Positions 18,780-26,629 of a DNA stretch of 64,000 bases are shown here, piece by piece. Made by a program: the position numbers and the translations under genes. Under the pieces are notes generated by a model, which saw only the letters and a program-made list of their open reading frames with translations, ran no database searches and was not told the origin of the DNA. Source of the DNA: Dehalococcoidia bacterium (GTDB lineage: Bacteria > Chloroflexota > Dehalococcoidia > Lucifugimonadales > UBA1123); contig OZ220693.1 of the NCBI GenBank assembly GCA_965116415.1, positions 556,753-620,752 on the forward strand, written 5' to 3'. Position 1 is the stretch's first letter. Every line of letters starts with the position of its first letter.

Positions 18780-19967
18780 CTACTGATGCCGCCTGCCTTC
18801 GTATGGATGCTCAGCGCCCAGCAGGTCGCCTTCAGCGAACCGCGTTAACCTGAACTGGCTGACAGGATGATCACTCGACTCCCCGCGCATCACAAGCTCA
18901 GCCACCATGCGACCCACTACAGGCGACAGTTTGAACCCGTGTCCACTGAATCCGACCGCCCAGTATAGACCTTCCACAGTCTGAGATCGGTCAAGTATCG
19001 GATTGCCGTCCGGTGTCATGTCGTATAGAGAGCCGTAGCCGCCACGGCAGATCGCTGCTTCAAATTCGGGGAATCTCAGCTTGGCGCGGTCCCAGAAGCG
19101 TGTGATTACATCGTGGTCTGCGTTAAGACCGAACGCGTCCGGGTTGGCTACTTCCGCCAGGTCTTCCAGGGCCTCACCGCCTATAACCGTATCGTGGTCT
19201 CCATATACTCGGAAATATGCACCTGTTGAGTAGTCGATTATGTTTGTGTTTAGGCTCTCAAGTGGAGGAGGCCTTCTCATGTGCACCATCTGGACACGAA
19301 TGGGAGTAACCGGCAGGGACTCCCCGACTGCAGCGCCCAGATAGTGACACCACGGCCCTACAGCGGCGACCACCGTTGAAGTCTCAATTGTCCCCGAGCT
19401 TGTCTCCACACCCGCAATCCTTCCTCCAGAGACGACCAAACCTGACACTGGAGTCTGCGTGTGTATCTCGGCTCCGTAATCCCTGGCCCGCTCGGCGTAG
19501 GCGTAGGTCGTAGTGACGGGGTCAGCGTGACCCGCATCCGGCTCATAGGTGCCCATTGTTATCTCTTCAAGGTTCGCCTGGGGTACCATCCCGGCGACCT
19601 CTGTCGGTGTCAGCGTCTCTATGTTGACACCAAGGTCTCTGTTCATCTCAACGTTTGCGCGGGCAGCAGCCTCGTCCCGTTCTGTGAACATCAGGATTCT
19701 GCCGCCTTGTACGAACCGAGGATCACCTCCAATCGCGTCCCCGAAGTTCTGGAAGATCTCCCTTGACTCGGTCGCCATCCTCACCAGCGTGGGATGCAGG
19801 TAGTGCTCACGCACCATCGCACCGGACCGGCCCGTTGCGCCACCAGCTAGGTGACCCTTCTCCACCAGCACCACCCTGCCTGCGCCCATCCGAGCCAGGT
19901 GCATGGCGATGCTTGTCCCGTTAACTCCACCACCGATTACCACAACGTCCGCAGTCGCACTAGTCAT
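18780..19967 (-). CDS. FAD-dependent oxidoreductase (DAO / sarcosine-oxidase-beta-like)
   Basis: N-terminal 'DVVVIGGGVNGTSIA' dinucleotide fold. The length and 'GFSGHGFK' are typical of the DAO family. Confidence 0.85.
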   Translation of the reverse strand: MTSATADVVVIGGGVNGTSIAMHLARMGAGRVVLVEKGHLAGGATGRSGAMVREHYLHPTLVRMATESREIFQNFGDAIGGDPRFVQGGRILMFTERDEAAARANVEMNRDLGVNIETLTPTEVAGMVPQANLEEITMGTYEPDAGHADPVTTTYAYAERARDYGAEIHTQTPVSGLVVSGGRIAGVETSSGTIETSTVVAAVGPWCHYLGAAVGESLPVTPIRVQMVHMRRPPPLESLNTNIIDYSTGAYFRVYGDHDTVIGGEALEDLAEVANPDAFGLNADHDVITRFWDRAKLRFPEFEAAICRGGYGSLYDMTPDGNPILDRSQTVEGLYWAVGFSGHGFKLSPVVGRMVAELVMRGESSDHPVSQFRLTRFAEGDLLGAEHPYEGRRHQ

Positions 19968-20028
19968 CGTTCATTCCTTGCCCCGTGGATACCAGCTGCC
20001 AGGCGCCATTGGGAGGCGCCAGATGGGA

Positions 20029-20057
20029 TTGTACGGCTAAGCGCCAGTCCATACAAT
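20029..20057 (+). promoter_or_regulatory. Candidate promoter TTGTAC-N17-TACAAT (hexamers are also an inverted repeat)
   Basis: TTGTAC at 20029-20034, a 17-nt spacer, and TACAAT at 20052-20057. AGGAG at 20076-20080 and ATG 20089 follow. Confidence 0.45.
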
Positions 20058-20088
20058 ACGCCGCACTTCCCACGCAGGAGAACATCAT

Positions 20089-20814
20089 ATGACAACCTCG
20101 AATCCCATCTCCGACGAAACTCTCGAAGTTCTCAGGAACATCCCCACCCAGACCCTTATCGACGCCCTCTGGGTTAAGAACTGGCCTCAGAGCTACGTTG
20201 AGGGGGCGCGGCCTCTCCAACTAGGACAGAAGATGGCCGGGCGTGCGGTTACCCTGCGCTTTGTGCCCCATCGTCCCGACTTGGCCGCTGACAAGCCCAG
20301 GGCAGACCAGTCGGCCGAGTACGTGGCAATCGAGCAGTGCGGCCCCGGGGAGGTGCTCGTGGTCGACGCAATGCGATGGACGTATAGCTCCATAGGCGGC
20401 GACATCAAGTTCTTCAGGATGATGCAGCTTGGCGCGGGCGGGCTGGTTACCGATGGCGCTGTCCGGGACAGTGTTGCCCTCCGAGAGTACGGCTTCCCCG
20501 TGTTCAGCGCGTCGACGACGGCGAAGCAGGGACCAGCGGAGTTCTGGCCCTGGCAGGTCAACGACGCCATCCAGTGCGGTGGAGTCCTCGTCAGGCCGGG
20601 CGATGCGGTCGTGGGAGACGACGACGGCGTTGTAGTCGTACCCAGGTCAGAGGTGGACGAAGTCATTCAAATCGCCCACCAGCGTGAGGAGGTCGAGGAG
20701 ATCGTCAAGGCCCAACTGGAAGTCGAGCGCTGCTCCCCCGGCAAGTACTACCCCTTCAACGACGAGACCTGGAAGCTCTACGAGGCCAAGACTGGCAAGA
20801 AGCGTCCGGGGTAA
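20089..20814 (+). CDS. RraA-family protein (HMG/CHA aldolase / oxaloacetate decarboxylase-like)
   Basis: 'GEVLVVDA...GGDIKFFRMMQLGAGGLVTDGAVRD' is the RraA-like fold signature. Confidence 0.75.
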   Translation: MTTSNPISDETLEVLRNIPTQTLIDALWVKNWPQSYVEGARPLQLGQKMAGRAVTLRFVPHRPDLAADKPRADQSAEYVAIEQCGPGEVLVVDAMRWTYSSIGGDIKFFRMMQLGAGGLVTDGAVRDSVALREYGFPVFSASTTAKQGPAEFWPWQVNDAIQCGGVLVRPGDAVVGDDDGVVVVPRSEVDEVIQIAHQREEVEEIVKAQLEVERCSPGKYYPFNDETWKLYEAKTGKKRPG

Positions 20815-20818
20815 CTCT

Positions 20819-21625
20819 CTAGTCCATCCGCGACCCACCGGTGACATTGATCGCCTGCCCGGTGATGTTCAGCGACAGGTCGGAGGCCAGGAACACTGCC
20901 AGGTGCGCGATGTCCTCCGGCGTCTGCTCGCGGCCAAGCGGCATCCTGGCCTGGATGGAACGGTCGAAGTGCTCCCTTGGAGTAATGCCTGACTGGCCAT
21001 CGTCAAGGTTGATGTTTCGTACCGCAATCCGCTCCCACATGTCCGTCCAGAGAGACCCCGGGCAGATCGCGTTTACGTTGATGTTGAATGGCGCGAGCCC
21101 CAGAGCATAGGCCTGTGTGAGGCTGATTACGCTGGCCTTGGAGGCATTGTACGCTGGATTACCTGGACCGCCCTGTCGCCCCGCAACAGATGCGATATTG
21201 ACGATCTTCCCGTAGTTTCGCGTTTTCATGTACTCGGAGATTGCATCTGAAGCCTTGGCGACCCCTTTCACGTTCACGGCGTAGATCTGGTCCCAGTCAT
21301 CCTCGATCGGCCGGTCGCGGTTCTCCCATCCGGCGGCGCCGATAATCCCTGCATTGTTGACAAGTATGTCGATCTGTTCGAACAGATCGACCACTTCGCT
21401 CGCCAGGCGGTCCAGCGACTCCTGCTGAGTTACATCAACCTGAAGTGCCCCGAACTCGGTGTTCGGGTGGGCCTGACTCAGCTCCGACGCAGTCTGTCTT
21501 ACGTTTTCGATGTTCAGGTCGCAGATCACCACCGTTGCCCCGTACAACGCCATCTTGTCCGCAATGGCGCGTCCTATTCCACGGGCCGAACCGGTCACGA
21601 TTGCTACTTTGTCGTTGAGATCCAT
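20819..21625 (-). CDS. SDR family oxidoreductase
   Basis: 'TGSARGIGRA' cofactor motif, 'NNAG', and the catalytic 'YNASKAS'. Confidence 0.9.
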   Translation of the reverse strand: MDLNDKVAIVTGSARGIGRAIADKMALYGATVVICDLNIENVRQTASELSQAHPNTEFGALQVDVTQQESLDRLASEVVDLFEQIDILVNNAGIIGAAGWENRDRPIEDDWDQIYAVNVKGVAKASDAISEYMKTRNYGKIVNIASVAGRQGGPGNPAYNASKASVISLTQAYALGLAPFNINVNAICPGSLWTDMWERIAVRNINLDDGQSGITPREHFDRSIQARMPLGREQTPEDIAHLAVFLASDLSLNITGQAINVTGGSRMD

Positions 21626-21760
21626 TTACCCACCTCGCATTTTCACTCCGAGCCGCCAGTGGGTGCGATTGTAGCACCGGGCAAAGGCTCACGCCCGCAG
21701 GGGTTCACAGCTCCACCGTGATAGAATACGCGCGCTCAAGTAAGCCCTGAGGAGTGTCTC

Positions 21761-21946
21761 GTGTCAGAGTTATCGATCGATGATGTTCGCAAGTTAGCGG
21801 AGACTATGGGACTGGAGTTGGACGAGTCCAGGGCTCGGACAATAGCGTCCCGCCTTTCCGGCATCATGGAGGTGCTGGAGGATATTCCCGACGAACTGCT
21901 CGATTCTGTCGAGCCGGCCCACCGGTTCGAAGTTGGCCGGGAGTAG
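21761..21946 (+). CDS. GatC-like small protein (AtzG-like putative amidase partner)
   Basis: 61 aa. The GTG start is preceded by GAGGAG. 'LSIDDVRKLAETMGLELDESRARTIASRLSGIMEVLEDI...VEP' follows the GatC pattern. The stop lies 4 nt before the amidase ATG. Confidence 0.65.
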   Translation: MSELSIDDVRKLAETMGLELDESRARTIASRLSGIMEVLEDIPDELLDSVEPAHRFEVGRE

Positions 21947-21950
21947 AGAC

Positions 21951-23381
21951 ATGGCCAGTAATGACCTTCACCTAATGACCATCGCCGAACTCGGCAGGCT
22001 GATACAGACCCGGCAGCTCTCTCCTGTCGAACTGACACGTTCCTTCCTGCAACGAATCGAACGTCTCAATCCCACTCTCGGCGCCTACATAACCGTCATG
22101 TCGGAAACTGCCAGTGCCGAGGCGGCCCAGGCAGAAGCCGAGATCAGCATCGGCAATTACCGGGGGCCGATGCACGGAATCCCGGTCGCCATCAAGGACA
22201 TCATCTACACGGAAGGCGTTCTGACCAGCGCAGGCTCGCGGGTGCTGGCCGACCACTTTCCGGAGTACGACTCGACGATTGTCGAGCGGCTTCGAAATTC
22301 GGGAGCGGTCCTCCTGGGCAAGTTGAACCTGAGTGAGTTCGCGGTCGGCGGCACCATCGACCACCCGTATGGCACTCCGCGCAACCCGTGGAACCTGGAC
22401 CGGTCTGCCGGAGGTTCCAGCAGCGGATCGGGAGTCGCCGTTGCTGGCGGTCTGTGTGCAGGCGCACTGGGGTCGGACACAGGCGGATCGATAAGGGGGC
22501 CAAGCGCGTTCTGCGGCATCGTTGGGCTTCGCCCGACCTACGGTCGCGTGACTCGGCATGGTGTTGTACCGATGAGTTGGAGCCTCGACACAGTCGGTCC
22601 AATGACCAGGACCGTCGAAGACTGCGCGATCATGCTCCAGGCAATTGCCGGCCAGGATGAGCGCGATACGTCATCGAGCTCCGAGCCGGTGCCAGACTAC
22701 GTTGGGGCCCTGTCTCGAAGGACGGACCCAGTAAAGGTTGCCATTCCGCCGGACGCCCTCGAATACGAAGGCTTGGACACCGAGGTCCGGGCGGGCGTTA
22801 TTTCAGCCGTGGACAACCTCGCGGAGCTGGGCGCTGACATCGACGAAGTCCGCCTTCCAGTTTCGGCCCAAAGTGGCGCCGTCTTTCTGGCAACCGCGGA
22901 CGTCGACGCGGCAACCTTCCATCTCGATTGGCTGAAGACCCGTGGGGATCTGTACGACTGGAGCACGCGCACGCGCCTTGAATCGGCGGTCCTGACCCCG
23001 GCCACCACCTACATCAGGGCCCAGAGGGCGAGGACACTCATCAGGAACGAAATGATGTCCGCCCTTGAAGACCACGATGTGATCGTGCTGCCCGCCAGTC
23101 CGACACTAGCCCCGTCAATCGCGCAGTCCACTGGCTCGCCAGGAGGTTACTACCAGGGCCGGCTCGATCTGGGAAGGCGGCAGTACACCAGCCCAGCCGC
23201 TCTTGCAGGGCTTCCAGCAATATCCGTGCCCTGCGGGCTCTCAGACTCGGGTCTGCCAATCGGGGTCCAGATAATCGGACGCCCATTCGAAGAAGACGTC
23301 GTACTGAGTGTCGCCTACAGGTACGAGCAGGCCACCGGCTGGAGCGACCGTCGCGCCCCCGAACCTGAGGTCCCTGCATAA
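21951..23381 (+). CDS. Amidase-signature family amidase (not canonical GatA)
   Basis: 'GIPVAIKD' (catalytic Lys) and 'GGSSSGSGVAVAGG..GSDTGGSIRGPS' AS signature. It lacks the GatA-specific central and C-terminal motifs. ATG 21951 is preceded by GGGAG. Confidence 0.9.
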   Translation: MASNDLHLMTIAELGRLIQTRQLSPVELTRSFLQRIERLNPTLGAYITVMSETASAEAAQAEAEISIGNYRGPMHGIPVAIKDIIYTEGVLTSAGSRVLADHFPEYDSTIVERLRNSGAVLLGKLNLSEFAVGGTIDHPYGTPRNPWNLDRSAGGSSSGSGVAVAGGLCAGALGSDTGGSIRGPSAFCGIVGLRPTYGRVTRHGVVPMSWSLDTVGPMTRTVEDCAIMLQAIAGQDERDTSSSSEPVPDYVGALSRRTDPVKVAIPPDALEYEGLDTEVRAGVISAVDNLAELGADIDEVRLPVSAQSGAVFLATADVDAATFHLDWLKTRGDLYDWSTRTRLESAVLTPATTYIRAQRARTLIRNEMMSALEDHDVIVLPASPTLAPSIAQSTGSPGGYYQGRLDLGRRQYTSPAALAGLPAISVPCGLSDSGLPIGVQIIGRPFEEDVVLSVAYRYEQATGWSDRRAPEPEVPA

Positions 23382-23420
23382 CCCCCTCTCCCTCAGGGAG
23401 AGGGTTGGGGTGAGGGTGAA
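23382..23420 (+). repeat. Intergenic palindrome + G-tract element, copy 1
   Basis: The sequence is CCCCCTCTCCCTCAGGGAGAGGGTTGGGGTGAGGGTGAA, immediately after the amidase stop. CCCTCTCCCT pairs with AGGGAGAGGG. Near-identical copies are at 44069 and 51348. Confidence 0.85.
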
Positions 23421-23557
23421 TAGTCACTATTCCATGCTCATGGCGCTTCCCGTGAACCTCTGGATTCCAACTTTCGCTGGAACGACCGACCAATGCAATC
23501 GTCTCCGACTCCGAGTGAACTTTACCCGGTAAATCCAAAACAGTTACGCTTAATAGA

Positions 23558-23632
23558 CGGGGTGTGGCGCAGCGGTAGCGCGCCTGTTTTGGGAACAGGA
23601 GGTCGGCGGTTCGATCCCGCCCACCCCGACCA
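23558..23632 (+). tRNA. tRNA-Pro (anticodon UGG), CCA encoded
   Basis: Hand-folded cloverleaf: acceptor CGGGGTG/CACCCCG, D arm GCGC-AGCGGTA-GCGC, anticodon arm CCTGT-TTTGGGA-ACAGG, variable loop AGGTC, and T arm GGCGG-TTCGATC-CCGCC, followed by A-CCA. Confidence 0.93.
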
Positions 23633-23662
23633 CTGAATGCTCTCACCTTCCCGGCCACGCCC

Positions 23663-24349
23663 ATGCAGGACCGTCCCGACCAAACTGGTACTCCCCGTTC
23701 AGGGTCAGCCGTCCGTGGGCTGACACAGACAGAAGCCACCCAGATCCAGGTCAACGACTGGTGGAAGCGCCCATTCGACCTCCTCGTGCTGATCGCCGTA
23801 CACGTTGCCTTGGCGCCAATCTGGGCAGTTTTGTGGGTATCGATTCCCCTGGCGATCTGGCTGCACGACCGTGGTCCCGTTTTCTACACCCAGGAACGCC
23901 TGGGTAAGAACAGACGAGTCTTCAGGGTGTACAAGTTCAGATCGATGATCCCGGACGCTGAACGACACACGGGAGCAGTCTGGGCCGAGGAAGACGATCC
24001 CAGGATCACCCCAATCGGCGCATTCCTCCGCAGTCGAGCCCTCGACGAGTTGCCGCAGGTGATCAACATGTGGAAGGGCGACATCAGTCTGGTAGGTCCC
24101 AGGGCCGAACGACCGGAGCTGTCCGAGGAGTTCGAGTCCAGCTATCCTGGATTCGCATGGCGCCTCACGGTAAGGCCCGGGATGACCGGCCTCGCCCAAA
24201 TCTACGGCAGGTACTCCACCCATCCCCGCAATAAGCTGCGATACGACATGCTTTACATCCGGCGGATGTCCCCGTGGCTTGACGTCAGGCTACTGGTGTC
24301 GTCAGTCCTCCTGACCCTTCGCGGCCGGTGGCAAGGCGAAAAACGCTAG
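23663..24349 (+). CDS. Polyprenyl-phosphate sugar-phosphate transferase (bacterial sugar transferase, WbaP/EpsL C-terminal type)
   Basis: 'KRPFDLL', 'PVFYTQERLGKN...FRVYKFRSM', 'DPRITPIGAFLR...LDELPQ' and 'GDISLVGPRAERPE' motifs. The exact start is uncertain. Confidence 0.88.
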   Translation: MQDRPDQTGTPRSGSAVRGLTQTEATQIQVNDWWKRPFDLLVLIAVHVALAPIWAVLWVSIPLAIWLHDRGPVFYTQERLGKNRRVFRVYKFRSMIPDAERHTGAVWAEEDDPRITPIGAFLRSRALDELPQVINMWKGDISLVGPRAERPELSEEFESSYPGFAWRLTVRPGMTGLAQIYGRYSTHPRNKLRYDMLYIRRMSPWLDVRLLVSSVLLTLRGRWQGEKR

Positions 24350-24475
24350 GCAGCCAGAAGTCCGGCTGAGAGCGGCGAATGGCGATACTCCACTCCGGCG
24401 AGGGTCGGAATCCAGAGTGGCAGCCATCACTCCCACCCCTAGTTGAACTAGACAGCGTTCATAAGCCGAAAACAC

Positions 24476-26482
24476 TTACTGCCGGCTTTCCAGTTCCTCC
24501 TGCTGCTCTGAGATCCGGATGATCTCCCGCGTCCGGGGAGCCAGCACCGTCGCCTCATCGATGTGCTCGCGTGCTACTGCAAGGTACTCGGGGTTGCGCG
24601 TAGAGGCCACCTGGTAGAACTGCGCGGTCAGCGCCCTGATCCTCCAATTCTGAGGTTCGTCGTCAAGTCCGGCCTCCGCCGCAGTTCCCACAGACTCCAC
24701 TGCCAGCGCGAACTCCTCGTCCGACATCTCCTGGGCGCCCTCGGTTGCCTGTGAAATCAGGATGATCCTCGGGTAGTTGCCAAGGCCCGGGAACTCTGAA
24801 ACTGACCTGGTAAGCACCTCTTCCTTCTGCTCCCATGTACCCTGTCCAATCGCGCCCTGGACCACGGTCATCGCCGAAGAGAAAGGCATGAACGTGTAGA
24901 ACAGGAGTAGCCCAGTCAGGACAGACACGATCAGGACCACAACCGCAACACCGATCGAGTTCCTGTGGAAACCCGCGACGGCAGCCAGTCCCAGTCGCTG
25001 GCCGAGACCTTCAGGGATCAGTTTCGTCCTGCGCTCGGGTGGCTCATCAGTCAGTTCCTGAACTCCTAGCTCCCGCTCCTCTGAGATCAGAAATGCAACC
25101 AGGAGAGCAAACAGCAAGGTCGTCGTAGTAGTGTCGAATAGGAACAGGTTCTGTACGAAGTACGCTGCCGCCGTCGCCCCGACTATAGCTATGAATACCT
25201 GGTGCCATCCACTTCTCCGACGGAACGAAGCCAGCAGAACAGCCACCATCCCCAGCCAGATGAGCAGATACGTGGTCAGGCCAAGTACGCCCTTGGTTGT
25301 AAGCTCTTCGAACACTTTGCTGTGCGCCTGATCGAATCGCTCTCGAATGCCGGAGTCGACATCGAAGTACCTTCCCCACGCGATCAGGAAGTTCTCGGGC
25401 CCCCATCCCAACACCGGTCGGTCCTGGAACGCCTCGAGTCCAGCCTGTACGGCAACCAGCCGACCACGAGAGCTATTGTCGTCCAGGCCAATGGATGCTA
25501 AGCGCCTGAGCGTAGTACTTGACTCCTGCAGCGGGTCAAGCACAGTCGTGGTCCTCATCACGAGTACCAGGGTGATACCCATTACTGCGGCGACGATCAC
25601 ACCGAGTGCAGCCCACCTTATGACCCTCATATTCCCCCAGATGAGATACGCGACGCCAAACACGACCGCGCCTGCAGCCATGCCCACAATGGCTCCCCGC
25701 GTCCCAGTAAGCCAGAGCGCCCAGAGGTTGATGACAACCGCTAAGACCCAGAGGACCCGAAGCCACGTCGTTAGGTCCAGTGACCAACCGGCCTGCTCTT
25801 CCACCCTTCGTTGCCGGCGTCTGGTTGCGCGCCTTCTCACCTCCACACTTGGCTCGATGTCCGGCTTGAGGAACGAGTAGACAATCAGACCCACGCCGAT
25901 CATGGCGTTCACCATCGTGTAGGCGCCAACGTAGGTGGCGTTACCCAAGGTGGATTCGATTCTCTGCGAAGACCCTAGGATGTCCATGCTGTACACATCG
26001 AAGTGGTGCGCCAGTCCAAGGCCAGAGACGATCGCCCCAATCACGAGGTTGACCGTGAACGGCACTTGCCAGTCTTTGATAGATCTGAAGACTGAGCCTG
26101 CCATCATCGCGAAAACAAACCAGTGGGCAAGATCGTATATGCCCTGCATCCGCTCGTACGTCGACCAGAAGCTCCTCGTGAAACTGACTCCAGTGAGCCC
26201 CGCAATCAGTGAGACGACCAGCCATGCGCCGAATGCAATCAGAATCCACGAACGCGATGGGCGGTAGCCCGAGAAGTACAGGACCAGTATCAGCCACAAA
26301 GCAAACGTGATCTCGATGATGACTCGTGCGTATATCGCCTTCCCAACTACGTAGGGAAAGTACGTCGATGTGGTCACGACCAGCGGCACGAAAAGGACCG
26401 CCATCAGCCCAAGTCGCACTGCCCAGAGGAGCAGTCTCTCGATGTCTGAGGCGCTAATGGTGCTGGTCTGCTGTTGTGTCAT
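24476..26482 (-). CDS. O-antigen ligase/polymerase-like (Wzy_C) polytopic membrane protein with soluble C-terminal helical-repeat domain
   Basis: Many TM helices. 'LTGTRGAIVGM' and 'QAHSKVFEELTTKGVLGL' resemble the Wzy_C core. ATG 26482 (MTQQQ) is preferred over the track start 26539. Confidence 0.7.
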   Translation of the reverse strand: MTQQQTSTISASDIERLLLWAVRLGLMAVLFVPLVVTTSTYFPYVVGKAIYARVIIEITFALWLILVLYFSGYRPSRSWILIAFGAWLVVSLIAGLTGVSFTRSFWSTYERMQGIYDLAHWFVFAMMAGSVFRSIKDWQVPFTVNLVIGAIVSGLGLAHHFDVYSMDILGSSQRIESTLGNATYVGAYTMVNAMIGVGLIVYSFLKPDIEPSVEVRRRATRRRQRRVEEQAGWSLDLTTWLRVLWVLAVVINLWALWLTGTRGAIVGMAAGAVVFGVAYLIWGNMRVIRWAALGVIVAAVMGITLVLVMRTTTVLDPLQESSTTLRRLASIGLDDNSSRGRLVAVQAGLEAFQDRPVLGWGPENFLIAWGRYFDVDSGIRERFDQAHSKVFEELTTKGVLGLTTYLLIWLGMVAVLLASFRRRSGWHQVFIAIVGATAAAYFVQNLFLFDTTTTTLLFALLVAFLISEERELGVQELTDEPPERRTKLIPEGLGQRLGLAAVAGFHRNSIGVAVVVLIVSVLTGLLLFYTFMPFSSAMTVVQGAIGQGTWEQKEEVLTRSVSEFPGLGNYPRIILISQATEGAQEMSDEEFALAVESVGTAAEAGLDDEPQNWRIRALTAQFYQVASTRNPEYLAVAREHIDEATVLAPRTREIIRISEQQEELESRQ

Positions 26483-26629
26483 ATGGTCATGAACCTGGAA
26501 GCGAATGGCTGCGGCGATTATATGAACGCCCCGAATCATTGGTCAACGAGCAAGGCTCATTGACACTTGCAACTCGGTTGACTCAAGGTCAGAATACTCC
26601 CAGACTTGGCTTTGGGGGATGCTCAGTAA

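Noticed and set aside
21761-23381. Canonical GatC-GatA amidotransferase
   Set aside because: The amidase lacks GatA-specific motifs (for example the NMDEFAMGSS-type and AYY..A.AEAS.NL blocks as I recall them). The small ORF is shorter than GatC and lacks its C-terminal half, and no gatB is adjacent.
23041-23754. 237-aa minus-strand ORF spanning the amidase 3' end, the repeat element and tRNA-Pro
   Set aside because: It reads through a tRNA gene and the palindromic repeat ('HPHPNPLPEGEGV' is simply the translated repeat). It is not a plausible protein.
23558-26539. tRNA-Pro-linked genomic island (sugar transferase and O-antigen-ligase-like genes downstream of the tRNA)
   Set aside because: There is no integrase, no visible duplicated tRNA 3' segment (att repeat) and no obvious compositional shift. 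It is more likely ordinary envelope-polysaccharide genes.
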